64,000 bases of DNA from Schmidtea polychroa. Taxonomy: Eukaryota. The notes under the pieces are model-generated. The model was not told where the DNA came from, made no database searches, and saw only the letters and a list, made by a program, of their open reading frames with translations. How positions within the stretch are numbered: position 1 is the first letter of the stretch; each line of letters opens with the position of its first letter. This document shows positions 1-14,600 of the stretch, in pieces. The stretch lies in NCBI GenBank assembly GCA_044892525.1, contig CM097885.1:187612001-187676000 (forward strand), given 5' to 3'. Both the position numbers and the translations under genes were made by a program.

Positions 1-355
1 AAGTAGCATAAATTTTCGGGATTGCCTTTATCAAGTGTTATTTCACTGCAAGAATTTTATGTAATGCAGGAAGATAAAAATTTTTAACGAAAAATATTTA
101 TTCTAAATGACGAATTTTCATGTAATTTTTATTATAGTTCCGACTTTTCTAGCTTCTATATTTCAGCTCCTACTACCGAAAATTTGGCCACCCTTGTAAA
201 ATAAATAAATATTATTAGAAATTAAATTCACAAATCAGAGTTTTGTTAAACTATTCATCCGATCAGATGGAATGAAACGAACAATAAATGCATTCATAAA
301 TTTAGGATTATTTGTAAACAAAGTAAATGGCTATTTGAAATATTTATTTTTCAAG

Positions 356-2618
356 GTATTGGATATGGGATATGTGTGATTGCCACTTATACAGCTTGGT
401 ATTACAACACAATTATGGCATGGTCACTTTATTATTTGGTCGAGTCAATACAGGAAAAGCTGCCTTGGACATCGTGCGGGAATCCCTGGAATACAAATAG
501 TTGTATAACGTTAGAAGACAAAATAAATTTTTCCCTTTCCTATCGTCCAAGATATAAAACAGTAATAATTAACAACACGATGCTTAATATCACAGTCAAC
601 GAAACATTCTTTTCCTCAACCGAAGAATATTTTTAGTAAGTATATAATATTACTTATTTTCATATTAATAATCAAAGAAGACAAAGTTTTTATAATAGAA
701 AATCGCCAACTAAGTATATTAAAATATAACTTTGCTATATATTATTTTCATATTCATTATTTATAAAATATTTCATATTATTATCTTTATTGTTAAATTC
801 ACTTGAAAAAAGCAGTGCCGAAAATTCGTAAATATCAAAGACATCGATATATTTACTGATTCNNNNNNNNNNNNNNNNNNNNNNNNNNNNNNNNNNNNNN
901 NNNNNNNNNNNNNNNNNNNNNNNNNNNNNNNNNNNNNNNNNNNNNNNNNNNNNNNNNNNNNNNNNNNNNNNNNNNNNNNNNNNNNNNNNNNNNNNNNNNN
1001 NNNNNNNNNNNNNNNNNNNNNNNNNNNNNNNNNNNNNNNNNNNNNNNNNNNNNNNNNNNNNNNNNNNNNNNNNNNNNNNNNNNNNNNNNNNNNNNNNNNN
1101 NNNNNNNNNNNNNNNNNNTAGAGAAATAATAACTAAATTAAAAGTAAAATACTTTTAATTTAGATGGAACTCTCTTTTAGTAACTGCAATCTTTTTTTCA
1201 ATTGAAATAAACAAATTTTTAAATTTGTATTCTATATTTCGTATTTTTTATAGTAAAAATAACTTTTATATGATAAATAATTGATTTTTCCGTAATTATC
1301 TTTGAATAATTATATGAAAAGCGAATTCAACAGAAAGATAATAAAATAATAAAATTAGAAATAAATATAACATATTTTGAATTATAGCCAAAATTATAGC
1401 AAAGTACATCTATTTTAATTCAAATAATTTAAAGATTCTTGATAAAAAATGATACAAATAAATTTTGATTTCCTTAATTTAGCCGTCGAGTCCTTCATAT
1501 AACGGACGGCATAGACTTCAACAATGTCGGTCAAATTGAAGTCAACGTCGTGCTTGCGTTAATAGTCATATTCACCATTGTATACTTCTCTCTATGGAAA
1601 GGTGTTAAAAGTAGTGGAAAAGTTTGTTTAATTTATTTTTAATTATATATTTTTATTTTATTGGTTTACAGTCAAACTATTAAAATACGTTGATACAATC
1701 TTGGTTCCGAATTCTGTTTTTAGCATTGGATTTTACTATAATTATTGGGATGATTTGAATGATTTCGTATTTCTTTTATTATTACCATCTTTTATTCTTT
1801 TCGTAAATAATCTATTTTAATTTTTAGTCTACTCTGTCTTTCTTTGTTTTCGGATTGTAGTTTGCTTAATATTTCACCTAAAGTTTTGGCAGTGTCAGAT
1901 TTTGTAGTTAATGTAAAACAAAATATTAACTTATAGTCTAAAGATAAATGAAAATAATATATTAAATTATAAATTTTTATTTCTTCAACCCACGTAATAA
2001 TTAATTATTGCTAAGCCTAATAAGCAGTGGTGAGCTATGCATGTATTTTTTAAATATTTTGTTAACTTTTTAAAAATTTTCAAGCCCCTTGTTGTTCTTT
2101 CAACTGTGATTTTGCGCTTCACTTCAAATTAAAATTTCTATTGTTTTAATGGGAAGATTAATAAATATCTGAAACATGTTACTAAAATCGATACCAAAAA
2201 AAAATTTTCTGGACGCTTTTATATTTTACTAAAAAAGCAAATTCAAAAAAAGAATTTTTTTTCTGGGCGAAAAACACCTAATTTTTTTTTGCGAGCCCTT
2301 TGTAGTTTTTGTCACAGCTCACCACTGCTAATAAGACTTTAAATTTAAAAAAAATCTTTGAAATTTTATGATATATATAATAATTTGCCGCTCCCTCCAA
2401 AAGTAAATTTGTATATTGACATCAACAAATGTTGATATAAGTTATATATTGGGAAGATAAATCATACACCAGCCATTTCCCATTAAAATATGAAAGTAAT
2501 TAAAGTATTAATAAGTAGGTGGGTTTATTAGTTTCAACTTTAATAACATAATGATTAAACATTCCTTGAAATTTTTTCCTTAGTCCTCACTTGTACAAGT
2601 TAAAACATGTCATGCATA

Positions 2619-2655
<37 letters not shown>

Positions 2656-5600
2656 AGAATGTATACGTAAATAACGATTATTGTTATNNNNNNNNNNNNN
2701 NNNNNNNNNNNNNNNNNNNNNNNNNNNNNNNNNNNNNNNNNNNNNNNNNNNNNNNNNNNNNNNNNNNNNNNNNNNNNNNNNNNNNNNNNNNNNNNNNNNN
2801 NNNNNNNNNNNNNNNNNNNNNNNNNNNNNNNNNNNNNNNNNNNNNNNNNNGCTCGATTATTTTGTCAGCTTCATTATTGCGGTTTTTGTGATATTAATAA
2901 AGCTTCAATATATTTTTGGGATAGTTATCGTTACTTATTAATCATTTTATATTAAAAACTTATCTTTGGAACAAAAGGAGTCCTTTGCCAATTTATTAGT
3001 TTGAAACTATTTGTAAATTATAAGAATTTTCTAGACAAGTTTTATTATAAATAAATTTAAGTATTGTTATATGTAGGGGTATTAAAGCCAAGCTTATTGT
3101 ATTGTGTGTTTATATTTGTATCAGAATACAACACAATACATTCACACTCCTAACACAAGGTATCTTCTCTTCGTTCCCTTTATGTAGCTAAAGAAATTTT
3201 AAGGACTTTCTAAAATATAACGAATATCTGATACATTATTCTAAATATCGAGTAAAACATATTCTCTTTTTGAAACGATTTTTCAGAACCATTTATATAG
3301 TGATTCGCATTTGTAATTCGTTTTGCCTAAATTCTTCTTGGTTGAAATTAAACAAAATCAGCGTTCTTTTCGTGAAGCTTGATGTCACGATTCCAATATT
3401 TTTTTCAGTGCAATGATAAATAATCATGCAAAAAGGTTGTCCTTCCAGAACTTGGAGCAATAAAGCGTTTTGCAACCTTCAGCTCATTATCTTACAAAAA
3501 ATCGGTCCAGTAAGGTTAACAAATGGCTTCCAAAGCATTAAAAGTTTTTTCTTTTTGTTCTTTCTTAAATTTTTGTTAGAATTGTCTATTTCCAAAATGA
3601 AAATTCTCTTTTTTTTCATATATTCTTTTTATAAAAAAGCATCATCACATTTATTTTACTAATAAATTATTATTTGCAGTTCCGTTACTCTTACATAAAA
3701 GACACAGCAATCTTAACCCAATCTTTTATGAATCTTCTATAATAATAATAGTTTTGTTCATTTTAGCATTTCAGTAAATATTTTTTTATATCCTTGAATT
3801 TCCTTTTCCCTTTTTTCAAGGAAAAACATTTCGACTTTATAAAACAGCCATTTGCAATTATTGTTTTATAAACCTTTTGAGCACAGTTTCAAGAATTATG
3901 TCATGTTCTGTTATCGTTTTACATATAATTTGTCGTGGGTTCATTCATTCCTTCACCAAGAACTGATAGTGAAAATGTGACTCCAAGTCAAATCCCAGAA
4001 TTTGTAAGATCCTCTCTCACTTTTTGTCGGAGGGTTAAAAATTATTTTTATTAATCTTGTTTAAATGAAGTATTTTTTAATTTTAATTTTTCAAATTTTA
4101 TTATATTTAAAATTTAATTATTATATTATTTATTTCAAATTTTAGATTTTAATATTTTTTAATTATCTAAAAAGAAATTCTCGAATAAAAAAATTAATTG
4201 GTCATATATTATATAACAAGTTTTTAGTTGAAAACATCCAAAAGAATAAATCGTAATATATCACATGAAATGTTTAAAAATGTCTTCACTTAAATGAAAA
4301 GCCTATATGATATAATCTCACTGTAAAAGCTTCGAGGATATGGTCTCTTCAAAATGCCGAAATCGGTCAACATATGTTAGATGAGTTCCGATATTTCTAT
4401 TATGAAATAAACATAAATACTTAAAAGACTAAAAATTAATGAGGAAACAGTTAAAACAATTTTCAAAAATGATTAAACTAATTTCCAAGTTGTCAAGGGA
4501 TAAGTTTTGTGGAAAATTAGATACCGAAATCGGAAAATTGTCTGTAATAGTTGTGGAAATGCCTCCGTCAACAGTTGATCTCGAACTAATGGTAATAATA
4601 CAGCCAAATTATTACAGGAATAGAAAATGGATCAAATATGATTAAGGGAAATCTCCTCACTTATGGTATTGCTGATTGTCAATGAATATTTTTAACGAAT
4701 TTTTATTTGGGAATTTAATTTTTTTCACTTTTTCAGGTCATAATTTTAAATTTTCAATGCTAAATTANNNNNNNNNNNNNNNNNNNNNNNNNNNNNNNNN
4801 NNNNNNNNNNNNNNNNNNNNNNNNNNNNNNNNNNNNNNNNNNNNNNNNNNNNNNNNNNNNNNNNNNNNNNNNNNNNNNNNNNNNNNNNNNNNNNNNNNNN
4901 NNNNNNNNNNNNNNNNNNNNNNNNNNNNNNNNNNNNNNNNNNNNNNNNNNNNNNAGGCAGTATGGATTACAGCTACAACACCTTATATAGTATTATTAAT
5001 ACTTTTAGTCAGAGGCGCACTTTTGCCTGGATCTGGTATAGGAATAAAATATTATCTAAAGCCAAATATGACCAAATTATGGGAAAAAACAGTAATTAAT
5101 TAGTTTATTTATTTTATTAATTTATTATCTTTTGATTAAAAGTTATAAAATGAAATAAAATTTTTAATTTCTTTTAAAATTCATTAATTCATATAATTGA
5201 TATTTCTTTCTAAAAATGAATTTTTAAAGATTATATTTTACAAAAGGTAGATGTTAAATACTGACTCTTCCATATTCCTGATTATGGTTTGTTATTGTTT
5301 CAAAAATAATAATAAAGAGCTGGTAGCTGTATAAAAAATGTCATTTTAAAATTTATTATTTTTTAATTATAATGATCTTTAAATCATTCAGAAATGGTTA
5401 AAAGGAAATTTTAAATTTGAAAATTATTGGACATGAATATCCGATTTTTCCCTTGAAAATGTATGTTTGAAAGTTCCTGTGGTATCAGACCCCAAACAAT
5501 TGTCACATGACTTATCCACAGGACTTATCACTCATTCACGCCAAATTAAAAATTATTTGGTTATATGTTCTGATTAAATATTAAACAATAAATAATTAAT

Positions 5601-8600
5601 AAATATACTAAAAAACGCAAATTGTGCGTTTAGCCAATCATAATTAAGATGTCAGATTGCGCCATAAAAATTTCAATTTCAGTAATTTATTTATTGTTGA
5701 AAACCTTTACAAAAAATACCTTTTATTGTTAATTTGTTTATATCTATTTGTAAAAATATTACAATTTTAATCAATATTTATTTGCTTTGAATATATTTTA
5801 TTATTTCAGTAATTTAGATGATATTTTACTACACGAATACTATACTTTACAGTTTCTAAAACAAAGAAAATCAAAACAAATTAAAACTATTAAATTTAGA
5901 AATAATATTGAAAAAGAGATTTGAGATTTTGACCAAGAAGAATATGAAATTTAGGCATCCAAGCGATGAGACACAAAGAATGGGTGTATATTAAAGAAAA
6001 TATTATATTAAAATTGTTAAATTAATAAAAACATGACAGCAAAAAAGCACCTTAATACCTTTATTTTAAATTTTCATTATAAATGCGATCGAAACCCTTC
6101 AGAAAATCCTGACGAAATGTTAAAATCTAGATTTAAAATCAAAACCGAAAAAGCTTTTGGTGAAGGCCAAACAATTTTTCATAGGCGATTAATCAAACGC
6201 ACATTTTTTCATAGTCCCATTTTTGGCGGATATGAGAGTAGTTACTGTATATTGCTTTTATTTTGCACTGTATCATTGTTTCGTGTCGTTGTTATTCAAT
6301 ATCAACATTCAACCCTTTGCAGCTAACTTGTAAATTGAAGAGTTGAAATTATTTTAAAATAAAATTGAATGGAATTTAAATGAAATAAAGATGAGAAAAT
6401 TTGAAGGAATTCTTTAGTAGAAAACGGGTTTTAAAAATGCATTATTAGATATGAATAGTACAGAAATGCGAATTTGTAGAAAATCAATCAATGATTAGAT
6501 TTTTATTTGAAACTGGAAAACGAGTCGGAGAAAAAGTAGATGATTGGGATCAACATTATAATACTGATTTTGTTGGGAAATGCATGGAAGAGTATGAAAA
6601 GCACAAAGTTGTCTAAAACAGAAAATAGCAATTAACTAATTAAGTGAAACAAAATCCCATAGTTGAAACAAGCGAGAAATTAACAAATTATACTTAAATT
6701 GAGGGGCATAATCATGACAACATGATCAATGATATTTGGGAAGCTAAATGTGGAAAACCCAAATGACAATTAATTAACGTTTATTTGTTTCGATTATTAT
6801 TAAAATGAAGACGAGATTAGGCAAAAAAGAAATTTATAAAAGGAAATCAGATCAGTTAGTGGGAAGTTATATAATGATATATGGAAATAAATTATTACAA
6901 GCTGAATGTTATTGAACCTTTTACTCTATTCATTGGTTGTGATAATCAAATTGTATATTTTGACAGATTGTAATAAATTAATTAATTTACGTTGGGAATC
7001 TTATTATTTATATAAATTTAAAGAACACGAGGAGTCAGTGGCCATTGCTTGTAATACGTATTGTGATGTGCACCCGAAAACTTTCGATGCATGAGGTCAA
7101 AAATTATTTAATTTAATGAAAATAACATTAATCCTCAAAATATGTAATGAAATGACATTGAAATAACACAAGATATACTCAACGAGGATTCCCAATAAAA
7201 ATTATCGTGCATAAAATTTCAAACTAAAATGTTTGCATACATACAATGAGGTTGTGAAAAATAACGTAGGTATTTATAACTGGTTTTGCAAGTGCGAGTT
7301 AGTGTCCGTACATTAGTGCATTTAAACAAATTCAAAAATTTTTAATTAAATTATATATTGCCGTTTTTTATCATTTTTAAATGGTGATTTTTTTTATTCA
7401 ATATATTTTTAAAATTTTATAATTTATTTAATTTTTGTAATTTGAAATTCGCATTTTCTCCTTTTTAATTCTTTTGCATTATACTATTATGTCTTTTCTA
7501 ATTTATTTTAATTAATATACTTCCTAAAAGTTTTAAAATATTTAATTTACTTTATTTGTGATTCCTTCTTGTATTTCGTGACTTTTCATTCATTTTCGTT
7601 CCTTTTTGATAATTTAATTACTATTTTTTTTCTATTTTATTTTTATTCTCTGCCAAAATTTTATTTTTACCTTTATTTCTTGTTATTGCTTCTTTCAATT
7701 TTTTTTCTTGTTATTTCCTTTTTGTTATGTTTGTATTATTTTCTTGCTAAACTTGTTGGACATTTTATTATTTTAGTATTATTTTTATGTTATTATCTTC
7801 TCCAAATTGTATTGTTTACTTGGTGTTTACTCGACCTAGTACTATTTTCACAAAACCATCACAATTAGAATTTTATTTTATATAATGCCAGTTTTGTCTC
7901 AACACTATATTCTTGCAAGCAAAAATGAGGGTTATATATCCCCTCACGCTCAAGTTTGAATTGGTTTTTTATTCACTACTGAACCGAAATATTGTAATTT
8001 ATGTTGTTTATAGGTCTGGATAGATGCGGCAGCTCAGATATTTTTCTCCCTTGGACCAGGCTTTGGCGTTCTTTTAGCTCTTTCAAGTTATAGTAAATTT
8101 AGAAATAACTGCTACCAGTAAAGAAATGTTTAAATTGTAAATATAAAAATAAAAAATTATATCTAGAGACGCCTTAATAACAAGTGCCATCAACTGTATA
8201 ACAAGTTTCATTGCAGGATTTGTCGTATTTAGTGTACTTGGCCATATGTGTTGGAGGCTGAACAAGAAAATGGACGAAGTTGCCGATCAACGTATCAAAA
8301 TATTTTACAAATATTGTTATTTTTTTAATTTAGAGGCTGGACTCGTATTCATAGCATATCCTGAAGCAATTGCGTCTTTGACAGGATCTGTCGTTTGGTC
8401 GATATTATTTTTTATTATGTTAATTTCTCTAGGCCTTGACAGTACAGTGAGGAATTTTATTTTTTAATTATGAATGGAATTATGAACCCTTTCGTTGCAG
8501 ATGATTAAGTCATGATATCGAAGTCCCACTATCATACTGACAAATATATCTTTACATAAATAGTTTCGTTCCTATTAGTAAATTCATTTATTTTTTGAAA

Positions 8601-11600
8601 TGCTTCTGCTTTCTTTACAGCTTTTACTTATTTTCATTACAACTAGAGATCACGTTTATTTTTTTGTAAAACAAATTTTTGCCACTCTCTTTACTAAATT
8701 TTAACAGTTATAACACTTGATAAAGCCTCTGTTGATAATTTGTTACATTTTAAAATAAAAATTAATCTATACTATAGATGTGTATTTGTACAGATTTGTT
8801 TCAGTCTCCTTTATATAAAATNNNNNNNNNNNNNNNNNNNNNNNNNNNNNNNNNNNNNNNNNNNNNNNNNNNNNNNNNNNNNNNNNNNNNNNNNNNNNNN
8901 NNNNNNNNNNNNNNNNNNNNNNNNNNNNNNNNNNNNNNNNNNNNNNNNNNNNNNNNNNNNNNNNNNNNNNNNNNNNNNNNNNNNNNNNNNNNNNNNNNNN
9001 NNNNNNNNNNNNNNNNNNNNNNNNNNNNNNNNNNNNNNNNNNNNNNNNNNNNNNNNTTGACCTACAAATTACTACAAATTAAATTAGGTTTATAGATTTG
9101 ACCTACATATTTTATATAAGTAGACTATAGTCGTAATGAAAATGAATGAAATGTTAAAAGTTAGGTTCTTATATATTGTACAACATTATCAAGAACAGTA
9201 TTAGTAAAAATAAGTGAAGAAATATAAATACAATTTTATTATATTTTTATTATTATGAATAATAAATCCATTAATCCAGTGGTTTCCAACCCGGGAGGCG
9301 CCAAAACCTTTGGGTAAAAAATGATTTTCATACTATAATATCTACAAATAAATAAAACTTCATATTGTAACGAAACTGTAAAAATTCAGTAATTAAATAC
9401 TTAATTTTATTTTTATTAAATTTCTATACATACATTTAATTCGTATATAAAAATTATCCGAAGAGGAAGATTTTAAATTTGTCGCCTTAGCAACGATCTG
9501 TTTCGGTAATGCACAAAACGTCCGCTAGTTGCATGAAACAATAACCTCAAATTTATACGTCACTCGTTTCAAAAGTGTCAACTGAAGCGAATTGGCGGGG
9601 TGTGTTATTGTTATATCGTGATTTCTTTCTGAAAATAATCGTTAGTATATTTTCATATTTATATTTGATTATTATTTATTTTAAATTATATCAATAAAAT
9701 ATTTTTAGACAAATGGATAAATTTTTGAGTGGGTACAAGAGAAAAGTCGATAATTATGAAGATAATGATGCTGATACAAGTGGGAATAATATGAGAAAAT
9801 AAGGAGGTAAAACTCCCAAGAAAAGACAATACTGTTCATCATATTTATCGTTAGGATTTACAAGTTTTGTTATAGATTGCTCGGAAAAACCAATGTGTTT
9901 GTTTTGTTTGAAAGTCTTGGCTTCAGATAGTATGAGACCAGTAAAATTAAAACGGCACCATGAAACTCTACACCCTGAATATGTTAACATGCCCATAGAA
10001 TTTTTTCAAAGAAAATTGCACGAGATAAATATTCAAAAAGAAACGTTCAAAAAAATAGTTTCAGTCGCACCAAACGCATTATTGGCTTCGTACCATGTCT
10101 CATATCGAATTGCGAAATGTAAGAAACCACATACAATAGAAGAAACCATAATTTTACCAGGAGCTGTTGATATGGTTCGAATAATGTTCCGCGAATCGTA
10201 TGCAAAACAGTTGCAACAAATTCCGCTAGCTGATAATACAGTTGGGAGAAGAATCAATGATATTTCTGAAGATATCAGCGATCAATTAGTTTCTCGGCTG
10301 CATACTTCGATATTCGCAATTCAAGTAGACGAGGCAACTGATATAATTAAAGATGCCCATTTGATTGTATATGTTCGACATGTTGCGGAAAATGATATAT
10401 TAGAAGATATATTATTTTGCAACCCCATTCCCGGAAAGACCACATCCATTGAAATCTTTAATATAATTGACAGTTTTTTTTGAAGAAAACGACATATCGT
10501 GGAATAATTGCATTGGACTGTGTACTGACGGAGCTCACTCAATGTCCGTACACAAAAAAGCACCACATGCTATCTGGACGCACTGCATGCTTCACAGAGC
10601 AGCTCTAGCGTCAAAAAATATGAGCGAGGAACTGAACAACATTTTCACAAAAGTTATAAAAATTATAAACTACATTAAGAACAGTCCCTTGAGAGCTAGG
10701 CTGTTTGCAAAACTGTGTGTTGATATGGAAGCTAATTATATTTCACTTCTATATTATTGTGAAGTTCGCTGGTTATCTCGAACAAAAGTCATTCAAAGGG
10801 TGTTTGAATTCAAAGAAGCAATAGCAATCTTTCTCGAAGAAAACCATCATGAAGAGGCACATTTGTGGACGAACAATAACTTAATTGTGAAACTTGCCTA
10901 TTTGGTTGAAATTTTTGGAAAATTGAGCGGTTTGAATAAATCAATGCAGGTATCATAAATGCATCCACTTGTTCAAAAAGACAAAGTAAAAGCTTTCATT
11001 AAAACTCTGAAGTTATGGAAATAAATTTACAAAAGAATGAGTTACATATGTTTTCACTTTCAAAAAAATGTCAAATTCCAGGCATTCTTTACCTTTACAT
11101 CAAGATACTTATAACTATACATATAAAAAAAATTGTATTAAAGTTATTATTGTTTAAAATGTGTTAATATTATTATATATATTAAAAAAAAAGATGGGGT
11201 GGCGCCAAGAAAAAAAGTTTTGGGGGGAAGCGCGGTAGCATAAAGGTTGGAAACCGCTGCATTAACCTCAAGTCATTAACACTACTCCATTTTGTTATTT
11301 TATTCTTTGAAATTGAAATCGTTTTAAATAAATGGTTATAAAATTTTATAAAATATAAATAGTTATAACATAATATTATGTTTTCCCCGAAGTATTTTTT
11401 TAAATTTCTGTGTGATGCGCAACGCCAAAATTTTTAACCGCAGCAAAAAGGCTAAATTGCTAATTTCAATTATATAATATATTAATTAACTTTCTCAATT
11501 TAGTTTGGTGGACTTGAAGCCCTGATCACAGGAATATTGGATGAATGGCCCCGACTTAGGAAACGTCGTGAACTTTTTGTGTTGCTTCTGATAATTTATT

Positions 11601-14600
11601 GTTTTATTGGATCTCTAGCAACTACTACTCAAGTAGATTTTTAATTTTATTAATAAATATTACTTGTGAAACTTCTGAAAGGGTGGATTTTTGATATTAA
11701 ATTGGTTGGATAAGAATGGTGCTCCGATTTCTATTCTGTTCATTGTGTTTTGTGAATGTGTCGCCCTTTGTTGGTTTTATGGCAAGGATAATTATTAATG
11801 TTTTATAAATTCTTAATGTTTCTTGTAGGAATTAAAAGATTTTCAGACGATGTTGAAAGCATGCTTGGATTTCAGCCGCCAACATTTTGGAAAATGTGTT
11901 GGACCTATATCAGCCCTGCATTTTTATTGGTAATTATTCATTTCTTATAATTGTTTCACATTGACCACTTTGTTAAAAATGCTGTCCACATATAAAAGTA
12001 TGGAAGCTTCATTTGTAAAAGATGTCATCAATGTCATATATGTTTCAGTTAATATTCATTGAATATGTTTGATACCTATAGCAGAATATTCTTTGATAAT
12101 ATTTACTGGTTAATATATAATTTATTAAATATTTAATTTTTATTTTTTGATCTATTTTTAATTTAAATTTTTTTAATTTACATATTTTCAAACTATAGAT
12201 CAATATTTATTAATGATACTAATAGATGAATGGTGAGAAGGATAAAGGAATTTACTGATTGGACTGCAAATTGCTCACTAGATAATGAATTAGGAAACTA
12301 AAATGTATTAATGATGTCATTTCGCTATAGAATAGTTAAATCGGTTCCGTTATTCAACAGTTATTGAGTTATTATTGCTAACCTCTGAGATGAATAAAAC
12401 TAGAAATTCAAGACCACTTAGCAATTGCTTCTGATTACAATAATTGGTATAAGCGATATAGTTTCTTTTCTTGCTTCAACTTGAAAATACTCGTGATAAC
12501 TTGAATAAAGTTTTTTAAATTGCTTAACCCAGCGCTACTCAACCTTTCTGTTATTGCGACCCAGTTTACCAACGTAAATATTCTCACCCCCCCCATTTTT
12601 GATTTATCGAAAATTATAGTGTCATAATGAAAACGGTCCGATATTCGTACATTTAATTTTATTGGTAAAATGCGACTGTTTGCTATAAATGCACAGTAAT
12701 GTATACGTATTCCTACCCTTTATACCAACGCCTACTAAAACACAGGCCTAACACAAGTAGTGGGAGGTTGGGGTATTGTCCCGTCTGCTAATTCCGAATG
12801 CATATGAGTTTCGGGAGGTTGTCATTGTATGTGTGTGCAGTATGTGAGCAACTAGTGCCGCCTGGCAGTTAGAATCATAAACGTTTGACAGATGTTACCA
12901 CACCACCGCAATACGTGATCGGTCGTCTCACGCTCGCGAATGTGGCTGTGTGGAATGTAACCATCGCTGTGAACGCACGGAACCTCTGCTCACATATTAT
13001 CAGCATATTTCAAAGCATATCGATGTTCCTAGAACATAGAACCCTGTAACTCCAAGCCAGCGATATGTATGATAGAAGAGCGAGACATACGGTAGAATGT
13101 TTATGTCACGTGGTTCGTACCAATACTTAAAAAAATATATTTATCATGCCATTTAATTCGTATCTGAAAATAATAAAGAATAGTTGTAGAATAAAAATAG
13201 AAATATTTAACAATTTTTATTTACAATTAATCCTCGTTGAATAGTAAATAAATAACAATATTTAATTAATTAATAAATTGTAAGATAAACCACGTGTAAA
13301 ACACGCAAATTGTTAACCACGTTTAATTCTTATGATAACAATTTGCGTGTTTTACGTGTTATTTATCATCTTATAATCCCTGTTGGTTTATTATAACATT
13401 TATGAAAAAAGAAAAACTTGCTACCCAAGATATTAATTGAAATGTTCTTTATATTCCTGAATTACCCTAACATACTTTTTTCTATGTTATTTTAATCATC
13501 TTACTTTCTATTCTCATTAATTTCATATTGTTTTCGTTTATTTACAAATTTATTAAAACCTTTTTCAAACTTTTTTCTTCAATAATGTTGATTATTTTAC
13601 AATTAAATTTAAATCTATAAATAGTATTTACCATCACCTATTAGTAGGGTATTGTGTGGACCGGGAACAAAGACATATGACGTCATCGATGACGTCATAT
13701 GTCTTTGTTCCCGGGTCCACACAATACCCTACTCCTATTGTCATCCATTATATAAATTTTATTTTATATTCTTTTGAATTTCACGATTCTTTAACATCTA
13801 TATATTGTAATTTTGTTTTAGTTATTTCCATACTTTTTAAATGTTTCTATCTATTTCTGATCAATTTTTCTTTTATATTTTTTAGAAGCAACAGAGGCAT
13901 CTTTAGAAAATATTATGGACAAATTTTTATGTGAGCATTGGATGATTGTGAAGCATCAACTAGTGCACAGGCTAGGCATGTTCCAAAAACTAAATCAAGA
14001 AAATATTGCGCAGAATACTTAAACTATGGATTTACGAGCACTGAAGTAAAAGAAGAAGAAAGTCCCTTGTGTGTTATTTGCTCAAAAATTTTGGCAGCTG
14101 ACAGTATGAAACCAAATAAACTTAAACGACATTTGGAAACTCTTCATAGTGAATACGAAAACAAATCCCGACAATTTTTTGAAAGTAAATTAAAATCATA
14201 TGAGAAGCAAAAATTAGTTTTTAAAAACACTTTGTCTGTGAATGAACAAGCTTTACTTGCTTCTTACAAAGTTTCGTATCAAATAACCAGATGCAAGAAA
14301 CCTCACACTATTGGTGAAGAGCTAATTTTCCCAGCTGCAATTGAAATTGTAGAAACCATGTTCGGAGAAAATTTTGCAAAAAATTAAAATTTATTCCACT
14401 TTCCAATGATACAGTTGCTCGTCGTATTGGTGACATGGCTGAAGATGTACAGCACCAGCTTTTTACAAAATTGCGTGGAAAATTGTTTTTAATTCAACTT
14501 GATGAAGCAACTGATAACAATAAAGATGCTCATTTGATAACCTATGTACGTTTTGTGATGGTGTATCAGCTGTAGAAGAATTACTTTTTTGCAAACCGTT

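Noticed and set aside
7569-7868. Hydrophobic F/L/Y/I-rich ORFs (also 20051, 20378, 30192, 32747, 44179)
   Set aside because: Translation of T-rich low-complexity DNA or the antisense shadow of the K-rich gene; no splice or motif support.
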